Shown in pieces: positions 9,215 through 16,939 of a DNA stretch of 64,000 nt. The stretch spans positions 192,001 through 256,000 of the IMG/VR virus record IMGVR_UViG_3300028048_000039, one strand, 5' to 3'. The stretch is from a virus (lineage: Duplodnaviria > Caudoviricetes). Every line of letters begins with the position of its first letter. Position 1 is the first letter of the stretch. The position numbers and the translations under genes were made by a program. Below the pieces are notes generated by a model, which saw only the letters and a list, made by a program, of their open reading frames with translations, was not told where the DNA came from and did no database searches.

Positions 9215-9316
9215 ATTGTACCTCCTTTTTTAAGTTGTTAGTAAAATCAGTTAATTCGTGTGGACATTAACATACTTGCGAATATCGTGCCAAACTCTTC
9301 ATTTCTGGAAAAAATT

Positions 9317-9577
9317 TTACATTTCTCTCTCAAAAATTTTGCAGATAGTGTGATTTTCACAATAATAGCCGTCCTGATAAATTTCAAAACCTCCGTTCTT
9401 GTACTCATCAATTTTGATTTCATCCGCATCAAAATTCTCTACATAAGTTGTTGTTTCATTTTCCAATGTGGAAGCAACTTCTGCAAGTGCTTCTTCCTTT
9501 GTCTTGAAGACATCAACCTTTAAATTTTCGTCAGTTATATCCCAGACCGATTGTGTTACTACTACAAATACTTTCAT
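9317..9577 (-). CDS. Small acidic protein
   Basis: ORF with AGGAGGT SD. Confidence 0.85.
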   Translation of the reverse strand: MKVFVVVTQSVWDITDENLKVDVFKTKEEALAEVASTLENETTTYVENFDADEIKIDEYKNGGFEIYQDGYYCENHTICKIFEREM

Positions 9578-9598
9578 ATTATACCTCCTTTTTAAGTG

Positions 9599-10120
9599 TT
9601 AATCTACTACTCCATTACCATAATAGAGATTGAAACTTCTTCCTTCTGAAATAAGACATCTCCAAAGATAATAATCTTCTTCCATTTGTTCATCCTGAAA
9701 TTTATGATAACTACCATTACAATAGCGTAACCTATTATTTTCCCTATACATTTTCTCGCACACCTCATCAAATGTACCTTCAAGTTCATAAGTCCTGATA
9801 GTATCCTCCTTATGCGGATAGACGTGATGCCTTACAACGCCATCTTTGTCGGCATATTCCCATACATCGTGTTCATAGTGGCTTTCACAGACTACTTTTA
9901 TTTTTTCGTTCCACTTCTTAACTATGCGAATAATGTTATCAATTTGCTTACAAGCAAGGTCAATAGCATAGTCATCGCTTCTTAAATAAGTCCAACGACT
10001 TTTTTCATACTTGAGTTCCTTTGTAACATAACCAACAAAGTCCTTTTCGTGATACAACGGCATTTTGTCAATGTGATAGAACGCCATCAAATACTTTAAT
10101 TCTTGTTTTGTGTAACTCAT
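9599..10120 (-). CDS. Hypothetical phage protein (LRYCNG...YYGNGVVD)
   Basis: SD, ECF-like promoter at 10166. Confidence 0.85.
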   Translation of the reverse strand: MSYTKQELKYLMAFYHIDKMPLYHEKDFVGYVTKELKYEKSRWTYLRSDDYAIDLACKQIDNIIRIVKKWNEKIKVVCESHYEHDVWEYADKDGVVRHHVYPHKEDTIRTYELEGTFDEVCEKMYRENNRLRYCNGSYHKFQDEQMEEDYYLWRCLISEGRSFNLYYGNGVVD

Positions 10121-10289
10121 AATGTACCTCCTTTTTTAGATGTTAGACAATCGTGTTCATTAAGATATACCTGAGAACTCCGGAAATCTTACAAGGGAAG
10201 GTTTTTTTCAACCCTCCACTCTTCTATATTCAAATTCTATGCCACACTTTCAAAATTCCGGCATTTCCGGCAAAAAAATTTATCAATCT

Positions 10290-10381
10290 CCTTTTTTTTA
10301 AAAAAAGGCGTGACGGAGACTATACTTCAGCGATTTACTTACTGCTTGGTCTCCGGTTTAACCCAGAAACAAAATCCGGCA
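10290..10381 (-). ncRNA. Structured repeat element, copy 2 (candidate sRNA)
   Basis: Begins at the predicted +1 of sigma54 promoter 10394, with no SD or ORF; GGAGAC/GTCTCC stem, inner CAG/CTG pair. Confidence 0.55.
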
Positions 10382-10433
10382 CACTAATACTATTGCAAAT
10401 AGTGTGCCAGACTACTCATTTCCGGAAATTTTT

Positions 10434-10700
10434 TTAATAACACTTCACAACTCTCTCCGGCATTACCTTCTTGGGAAGCTTCCCCTCCAGCGTTGCCCAC
10501 TTCACATCGTGGTCTTCAACATATTCCGGAATAACCCAATCAGTAAATATACCATCGCAGTTTGCTTTCTTCCCATACTTAATCTCGGCAATCTTCGCCT
10601 TGACTATCGGTTTCGTGTCAATCCTCATTGAAAGGGTAAAGCAAACATAATCGCCCTCTTTCAACTCAATACCAAACTTGTCACATACCTTCCTGTCCAT
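10434..10700 (-). CDS. Small SH3/KOW-like beta protein
   Basis: DKFGIELKEGDYV motif; coupled to the upstream gene. Confidence 0.75.
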   Translation of the reverse strand: MDRKVCDKFGIELKEGDYVCFTLSMRIDTKPIVKAKIAEIKYGKKANCDGIFTDWVIPEYVEDHDVKWATLEGKLPKKVMPERVVKCY

Positions 10701-10701
10701 A

Positions 10702-11367
10702 TTATTTCTCCTCCAATGCTTTAAGAATACTCTTTAAGTCCTCAAGTGAAAAGTCAGCAAGTTCGTGCCAATTCTTCTCATTTGTCATAATGTCATCATC
10801 TCCGTAGATGTGGAAATAGATAATGCCTTCTCCCTCCATTTGAAACGCAAGGTCAACCTCCGGTAACTCAAGACTGCTCAAACCACAAGCACCCTCTTCG
10901 CCAATAACGGCAGAAAGTTTCATTGGATGCTCCTCGTCAGTATCCATCAGTATAGCAGAAATCTTTTTCCTGACATCCTCCCACTCTTCAAGGCCATCGT
11001 ACTCATCAATGCTATCAAGGATGGAGATGATAGTATCTGCCTTGTAAGTGAGACCATCGCTACCATCCAAGCAATACCAATTATCCTCGTCAGCAATCAT
11101 TTCCTTTTTCGTTGGGGTTTCAAGATAAGTCCTCATAATAGGAAGGAAATAGCAAAGTATGTCATTATCTACAATGCGAAGGGCATAGCAATAATACTCC
11201 TCCAATCTATCTTCCTCATTGATTGCATAACCATAGATTGTATCAAAGTTATGTTCAGGACTTGTATTCAGGAAACCTCCGTTCCTGATGACTACTTCCT
11301 TAATCGCAACGTAAGCATCGTTAAGGGATTTAAAAATTTCCTTTCTCGTCTTTTCAATTTTGTTCAT
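10702..11367 (-). CDS. Acidic hypothetical protein
   Basis: SD and sigma54-type promoter at 11407. Confidence 0.85.
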   Translation of the reverse strand: MNKIEKTRKEIFKSLNDAYVAIKEVVIRNGGFLNTSPEHNFDTIYGYAINEEDRLEEYYCYALRIVDNDILCYFLPIMRTYLETPTKKEMIADEDNWYCLDGSDGLTYKADTIISILDSIDEYDGLEEWEDVRKKISAILMDTDEEHPMKLSAVIGEEGACGLSSLELPEVDLAFQMEGEGIIYFHIYGDDDIMTNEKNWHELADFSLEDLKSILKALEEK

Positions 11368-11508
11368 AATGTACCTCCTTTTTTAATGATTATCTACTCT
11401 ACTACTAACAAATATCGTTCCAAAAACAACAAAAAAGTGGGGAAGACCAAAAATTTTTTTAATCTCCCCACAATTCGTCTAACACTGGAAACCTCCGGAA
11501 ACCATTGA

Positions 11509-11862
11509 TTACTTGACTATCACTTCATAATTCCTTACCAAGTAGTCAGCAAACCTCTTCATTGTGTCAGTATCAAACTCGTCAATGTCAGTTTCAACCT
11601 CTTCCTCGTCGCCCAATGTGATATCTCCATCCTCATAATAGATGATGTCAAGTTTCCTCCTCTCATTGTACTCGTTCCCCTCGCAATCCTCAACTTCAAC
11701 ATCATACCGGAAACTACCACCCAAGTCAGTCGCATCAATGGTAAAGATACCTTCTGCATCTTCCTCAATGCCCAATGCACTACGGAGCAATTCAATCTCT
11801 CTCTTAATGAAGCCTTTAAGGTCTTCTCTCGCCTTTGTGATAATCGTGTCAGTGTAATTCAT
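11509..11862 (-). CDS. Highly acidic hypothetical protein
   Basis: ORF with SD. Confidence 0.85.
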   Translation of the reverse strand: MNYTDTIITKAREDLKGFIKREIELLRSALGIEEDAEGIFTIDATDLGGSFRYDVEVEDCEGNEYNERRKLDIIYYEDGDITLGDEEEVETDIDEFDTDTMKRFADYLVRNYEVIVK

Positions 11863-11880
11863 AATGTACCTCCTTTCTCT

Positions 11881-12306
11881 TTAATCGTTAGTAATATCGT
11901 AGCAACCAATAATGCCATCCACATCCCCATAGAAGAAACGAACATAAAAAGTCCTCCCCTTGTAAGTGATGTCATAGCACATCTTCATAATGTACTCGTT
12001 AGTACCATCATCGCAACCATCGTCTATTCCGCAATCAACATACACACACTTGTCAATAGCATCCTTTGCCATAAGACTATCAATACAAGCGGAAATCCCT
12101 CTATCGTCATACACATAGTCATCAAGGATGTCCATCAACTCTCTCTTCACTTTCTCGCCATCATCCTCATCTTTCTCGCCATTGAGCAAGTCAAGACACT
12201 CGCCCAACTTCTCAAGGACATCTTCCTCTGCATCAGTAAGACCTTCCTTACTAATAAGGTCGTGATAGATACCGCTAATTCTTTTCAATAAGTCTTTTTT
12301 TATCAT
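11881..12306 (-). CDS. Acidic hypothetical protein
   Basis: SD and sigma54-type promoter at 12358. Confidence 0.85.
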   Translation of the reverse strand: MIKKDLLKRISGIYHDLISKEGLTDAEEDVLEKLGECLDLLNGEKDEDDGEKVKRELMDILDDYVYDDRGISACIDSLMAKDAIDKCVYVDCGIDDGCDDGTNEYIMKMCYDITYKGRTFYVRFFYGDVDGIIGCYDITND

Positions 12307-12434
12307 AATGTACCTCCTTTTTTAGATGTTAGTAATCAAGTGAACTACTTTTTAGTATGCAAATACTTCGCCAAACTTGGTATTTCCGGAAACTTTTTTG
12401 CAAAATATACCGCAATTGCGTACTACTGAACTCG

Positions 12435-12716
12435 TTAGAAGAAATGTATCTCCGCAAAGTCGTTGTCCTTGTCCATCTCCTCCAAGATAGTCTTGCAGAC
12501 CTCCCCGAACTCTTCGTCCTCAAGATGACCTTCCAAGAACTCTCTTCCTAACTCCATATAACCTTCATCCTCCGAGAGCCAATAATCTCCGTTGCTGTCA
12601 TCTCCCACTTCTTTAACCCAAGAAACGAACTCGTCACAATCTCCGTAACTTGATACCGGAACTTTGTCGCTATACTCTACCTTGTAAGTCTTGCAGATGT
12701 GTAAACCATAACTCAT
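12435..12716 (-). CDS. Small acidic protein
   Basis: SD, ECF-like promoter at 12773. Confidence 0.85.
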   Translation of the reverse strand: MSYGLHICKTYKVEYSDKVPVSSYGDCDEFVSWVKEVGDDSNGDYWLSEDEGYMELGREFLEGHLEDEEFGEVCKTILEEMDKDNDFAEIHFF

Positions 12717-12807
12717 ATTATACCTCCTTTTTTAATAGTGTTGAACAATCAAGTGAACTCTCTCTCTTCATTTATACTCCGGAACTCCGGAAACCTTACA
12801 TCAACCT

Positions 12808-12843
12808 TTAAGTTTTTTCATCTTTGTTGTAACTCTTCTTCAT
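12808..12843 (-). CDS. Minigene MKKSYNKDEKT
   Basis: Two promoters, operator, leader and AAGGAGGT SD in front of an 11-codon ORF. Confidence 0.35.
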   Translation of the reverse strand: MKKSYNKDEKT

Positions 12844-13013
12844 ATAGACCTCCTTCTTTAAAGTGTTAGACAAATAAGTGTGAACTATGCCGCAACTGCG
12901 TACTACTGATAACCTCTTAACAAATATCGTTCCGGAATTTAAAATCTCCCAAACTTTTTTTCGTTCCACCAATGATATATACTCATCCTCTCCGGAAATC
13001 TTGCATCATACCT

Positions 13014-13535
13014 TCAGGTTTCTTCATCTTTCTCATCATCATATGGAGTTTCCTCGTTGATGGAAACCTTCGCAGCTTCCTCTGCTTCCTCCTCATTATT
13101 ATAGATAAAGTCACTCTCATCGTACAAGCATCCATCCTCTCCATACACCTCATACCCATACTTCTTCTCATTGTTAGTGATAGTGATGCCGCACTCTTTG
13201 TACTCGGTGGTCTTTACCACGTTCTTGGAGTCATAGATAGTTTCATCATCTCCCTCATACGTAGTGTAAAGATATCCATACATCCCATCAATGTAGCTCT
13301 CAATGGTCACAAGCGTATCGCCTTTCTTCCATACCTGGAAGTTGATGTCATCGGTATCAATTGGGATGAAATGCTCCTTCTCAAAGTATTCCTTAATCTT
13401 CTCATAGCTTTCCAGTTCATAGTAAGCGTGAAGTGCCTCCTGGTTATAGCTGCATCTACTATCAAGACCACCACCTGCTGGTTCAGACTCTTCGGAAATA
13501 TAAGGTTTTCCATACCTATCAACAAATCTACTCAT
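13014..13535 (-). CDS. Highly acidic hypothetical protein
   Basis: SD and perfect sigma54 consensus TTGGCACGGATTTTGCA at 13590. Confidence 0.85.
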   Translation of the reverse strand: MSRFVDRYGKPYISEESEPAGGGLDSRCSYNQEALHAYYELESYEKIKEYFEKEHFIPIDTDDINFQVWKKGDTLVTIESYIDGMYGYLYTTYEGDDETIYDSKNVVKTTEYKECGITITNNEKKYGYEVYGEDGCLYDESDFIYNNEEEAEEAAKVSINEETPYDDEKDEET

Positions 13536-13626
13536 ATGATACCTCCTTTTTTAATGGGTTAAACAATTAAGTGTGGACAATAATATACTTGCAAAATCCG
13601 TGCCAAACTGATAAAAAAAGGGAAGA

Positions 13627-14751
13627 TTAAGTTTTCATCTTCCCCCCTTTCTGCCCATTACACTTTCTACAAATCATCTGCAAATTCTCAAGAATTGTCT
13701 TTCCACCTCGCCACCAAGGAATTATGTGGTCTCCCTCCATCTCTTCAAAGGTATGATGCTCTCCGCATATTGGACAAACCCCCTCTTGTTTCTCATAAGC
13801 CGTTCTCTTGTCCACATTGCTAAATGTCCTCTTGGAAAGCTTCCTTGCAATGTCCTCGCTCTCATTGGAAAGCACGTACTCATAAATGCCCTTCTTGTCA
13901 GTAACTTCCTCGTTCTCCATCAATGAGTGAATTTTCTCCTCCAAGGTCTCGCAATCATACTCATTGCCCTTATAAGTGTCATAGAGCTTTCCCCAGTTTA
14001 AGCCGCACATCTCCTTTCTATAATACTTTCCGGTATTAAACGTCCCCTCAATCCAAGAAATCACATTGTTGAAGTAATCCCAAAGCTCACTGGCATCCTC
14101 ATCGTGCTGATGCTCTGCCATATAGTCAGCAATCTTTCCATCACTTATCCAGGAAAGCGCAGTCTCAAGGTACTCTTGCCTAATCGGACTTCCCTTTACA
14201 AACCTATTACCAATCTTATAGGCCACACAATTGGTCTTGCTGAACTTCTTCTTTGCATCGGTAAGCCACTTTCCGGTATAGTTGATATTAAGCAGCTCCT
14301 GGTCAGTAAGCTTTTCCCCGGCAATGTTAATCGTCCTAAACCAATCCAACCTCTCCTTGTCATTGCCATTGCAGACGTAGATATCCACTGGATAAGATAG
14401 AATTCTCTCCTGCTCAACGTCAGTCAAGTTATGGAAGTACATAGGAACACCCTCAACCTCAACCGAGAAGTCCCCGGAAACGTACTGGCAAAAGGAAATA
14501 GTCCTCTGCTGTCCATCAAGGACTTCATAAGTGCCATCCTCATTTTCCGCCCAGTACATAACGTTAAGCGGAAACCCCTTAAGGATAGTTTCAATCACTG
14601 CTGCCCTTTGCTTGTCCTTATAAACGAACTCCCTTTGATATGCCGGACGGATGTTAAGCTTTCCACTGAAGCCGGAAACTCCACCCTCGGCATTGTCAAC
14701 GTAGTCCTTGCTAATCTCCTTGATTGTGTAATTCTTGTGTTCTATTCTCAT
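13627..14751 (-). CDS. DUF262 (GmrSD-like) + HNH endonuclease
   Basis: RPAYQREFVY, LDGQQR and FRTIN DUF262 motifs; C-terminal CPIC...DHIIPW..GG...NLQMICRKCN..K HNH domain. Confidence 0.9.
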   Translation of the reverse strand: MRIEHKNYTIKEISKDYVDNAEGGVSGFSGKLNIRPAYQREFVYKDKQRAAVIETILKGFPLNVMYWAENEDGTYEVLDGQQRTISFCQYVSGDFSVEVEGVPMYFHNLTDVEQERILSYPVDIYVCNGNDKERLDWFRTINIAGEKLTDQELLNINYTGKWLTDAKKKFSKTNCVAYKIGNRFVKGSPIRQEYLETALSWISDGKIADYMAEHQHDEDASELWDYFNNVISWIEGTFNTGKYYRKEMCGLNWGKLYDTYKGNEYDCETLEEKIHSLMENEEVTDKKGIYEYVLSNESEDIARKLSKRTFSNVDKRTAYEKQEGVCPICGEHHTFEEMEGDHIIPWWRGGKTILENLQMICRKCNGQKGGKMKT

Positions 14752-14854
14752 AATGTACCTCCTACTCTTATTGGGTTAATACTTTATCGTCTATTGACGT
14801 GTATGCAAATTATGTGCCAAACTTTACTTTCTGCAGAAAATTTTAGTCTAATAG

Positions 14855-15097
14855 TACACAATTTGAAATAGTAGGGTTAGATAGGTATGTAGAAGATAAC
14901 CCTCATTATGGACATAGATTTACTATTAGCGGAAAAGAAACTTACGCAAGAATTTTAATTAAGCGGAAAGTTTCTTAATAAGTATTCTTGCATAGACACC
15001 TTTATTATTTACATAGAACTTTACTCTGCCATCGTTTCCATTTATAAGTCCTTCTCCTCTCGCACCACTCATAATTCCCACTATTTCAAATTGTGTA
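14855..15097. mobile_element. Invertible segment (243 bp) bounded by 18-bp perfect inverted repeats
   Basis: TACACAATTTGAAATAGT at 14855-14872 and its exact reverse complement at 15080-15097; both read TQFEIV in frame. Confidence 0.85.
14856..14978 (+). other. Silent alternative C-terminus of the methyltransferase
   Basis: Translates as TQFEIVGLDRYVEDNPHYGHRFTISGKETYARILIKRKVS*, homologous to the expressed TQFEIVG...YARILIKKLSA*; no start codon of its own. Confidence 0.88.
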
Positions 15098-15960
15098 GAA
15101 ATGCTGTTAATCTCTATATGAATAGTACCATCACTCCACAAATATTTCAACCCCGTAATCGGAATACCGATAACTCCGTTATAGTCCATAGGAAATTTCT
15201 CCATCCTACCACACTCAATAGCATCGTAATTATCGTACTTTGGAAAATCTTTCTCGTTGTACTTCTTGTAAGTGTCAAGTGTTTCTCTTTTATTATCATT
15301 TGAAACATTTGTGTACCAACAAATAGAATTTACTTGCTTGTATATTCCATCTGCCTTTGTAATATACCTCTCATTTTCAATAGGATAATTTGCGGGCATT
15401 TTGAAGTATGGCATTTTGCCTGTGAATAAAGTTCTGCCAAGCCAAAGTTGTCCGTTCTTTATAAGTGGAAATATCTCTTTGTAGGTAATTGCGTTGTTAT
15501 TCCCCAAGATAATAAATTTCTTGTTGTACTTCATAAGTTGAGCAACATACTCCCTGAACAAGCTAAATGGTGGGTTGGTAACTACCACGTCAGCTTCCTT
15601 AAGATAAGCAATGCACTCCTCACTCCTGAAGTCCCCATTACCATTAAGATAGGTAACCTTTACCTCTTCATCATCCACTCTCCTATTGCCGTTCTTGTCC
15701 CCCTCATATACCAATACCACACCACGTCCATCTGCCTTATATCCAGTGCTGATGAGCTTCTTCAACCCAAGGTGCTCAAAGTTAAGGGAGAAGTATTTAA
15801 AGAAGTTAGACTCCCTGGCATCATCACAATTACAATAAACCACCTTCCCCCTGAAGAAGTCCTTGTAATGCACCATCTCTTTCTCAATATCTGACAATTG
15901 AGTGTAGAATTCGTCTTGCTTTGCTGTCTTTGCCTTGTGTAAATTAGAGTTCTTTGCCAT
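14959..15960 (-). CDS. Adenine-specific DNA methyltransferase, EcoRI-methylase family
   Basis: DEFYT, VYCNCDD, GDFRSEEC, catalytic TNPPFSLF, PKYDNYDAI motifs. Confidence 0.9.
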   Translation of the reverse strand: MAKNSNLHKAKTAKQDEFYTQLSDIEKEMVHYKDFFRGKVVYCNCDDARESNFFKYFSLNFEHLGLKKLISTGYKADGRGVVLVYEGDKNGNRRVDDEEVKVTYLNGNGDFRSEECIAYLKEADVVVTNPPFSLFREYVAQLMKYNKKFIILGNNNAITYKEIFPLIKNGQLWLGRTLFTGKMPYFKMPANYPIENERYITKADGIYKQVNSICWYTNVSNDNKRETLDTYKKYNEKDFPKYDNYDAIECGRMEKFPMDYNGVIGIPITGLKYLWSDGTIHIEINSISTQFEIVGIMSGARGEGLINGNDGRVKFYVNNKGVYARILIKKLSA

Positions 15961-16208
15961 AATGTACCTCCTTTTTTAAAGTGTTAAACATAATGATACC
16001 TCACAAAAACCATACCGCACTCATCAAATATATAGAAAAAAATTGAAAAAAGCAAAAAAATCAACCCCTCAATCCCACCAGGAAACCGGAAACCCGGTTA
16101 ATAATAGCCGCATTTGCGTACTACACCAGGTTTCGGAAAGCGGCAGTCCCAACTGACAAATTGTCCACTCTTTCAGCCAGGAACCGCCGGAAACCTGGAT
16201 GCTACTCG

Positions 16209-16586
16209 TTACTTGATGGCGGCAATTGCCTTATAAACCTCTTCCACCGCCTTGTTGACCTGCTCAATTGTCTCATAGACCTTCGCAATGACCTCGTCAG
16301 CTACCTCGTCCCTCTCGTCTTCCTCCTCTTCCTCGTCATCATAGCCAACCTCATAGTCATACCAGTCCACGTAGCCAAGCCACTTCGCAATCTCGTCCTT
16401 TTCGTACCACAAGATGTCGTTCACTTCCTCTTCAGTGAGCGCTTCTACGCCCTCTCTATCCTCGATGTACTCCTCCACCTCATCGCAGTCGCCCTTTTCC
16501 TTGAGGACTTCAAGTGTGTCAAGTCCGCCACCCCAAGCCGGGAATTCATTGAGGGACACTTCCTCATACTTCTTAATTTCTACCAT
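16209..16586 (-). CDS. Highly acidic phage protein (FPAWGGG...NDILW)
   Basis: ORF with SD; first protein gene of the leftward block. Confidence 0.85.
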   Translation of the reverse strand: MVEIKKYEEVSLNEFPAWGGGLDTLEVLKEKGDCDEVEEYIEDREGVEALTEEEVNDILWYEKDEIAKWLGYVDWYDYEVGYDDEEEEEDERDEVADEVIAKVYETIEQVNKAVEEVYKAIAAIK

Positions 16587-16787
16587 AATTACCTCCTTCT
16601 TTAAAATTAGACAATCTAGTTAACTATGTACACTTGCATGCATGCATAAGTACTTTCAAAAATAAGGGGATGAACCATGGACTGCTAACTACCAAACCCC
16701 ACAATTCATCCCCACACACTTACATGGTAACAAAAACCATGCCAAACACTAAAAAAGGATATATAAACCTCAAAAAAAAAATAATGC

Positions 16788-16939
16788 ATGTTCATGAAGC
16801 TATTTCCTGGACTACCATGGGAGCTAGTTACTCTCTCACTTCATCTACTTCGCAAGCCAACATTGGCCCCTAGCTCCCGGTGTCACTCCCCTCTCGCTTT
16901 CTCCTCCTTTAACACTAAAAATGGAAAATACATGAACAC
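16788..16939 (-). ncRNA. Candidate structured RNA (about 150 nt)
   Basis: Starts at the predicted +1 of sigma54 promoter 16951; nested stems GUGUUCAUG/CAUGAACAU, UAUUUUCC/GGAAAUA, GGGAGCUAG/CUAGCUCCC, GCCAA/UUGGC. Confidence 0.5.

Larger units (their letters stand above)
5849..13005 (-). promoter_or_regulatory. Four ECF-like promoters TG(T/C)AAG-N16-(A/G)GTATA
   Basis: 28-bp cores at 5849-5876, 10166-10193, 12773-12800, 12978-13005 with identical spacing. Confidence 0.65.
4606..16126 (-). repeat. Dispersed palindromic operator-like motif GTAGTACGCAnnTGCGG
   Basis: Copies at 4606-4624, 8478-8496, 12410-12426, 12890-12906, 16108-16126; opposite-orientation copy at 575-588. Confidence 0.8.

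Noticed and set aside
7085-10381. Hammerhead ribozyme in the duplicated element (GTGACGG...GAAAC)
   Set aside because: The core CUGAnGA is not matched and the stem order does not fit
14919-14946. Fifth ECF-like promoter CGTAAG-N16-AGTA
   Set aside because: Lies inside the silent methyltransferase cassette and is explained by its codons; first base and -10 deviate
14959-15960. GAATTC specificity inferred from the EcoRI family name
   Set aside because: Family membership does not fix the target, GAATTC occurs freely in the window, and the variable C-terminus argues for other motifs
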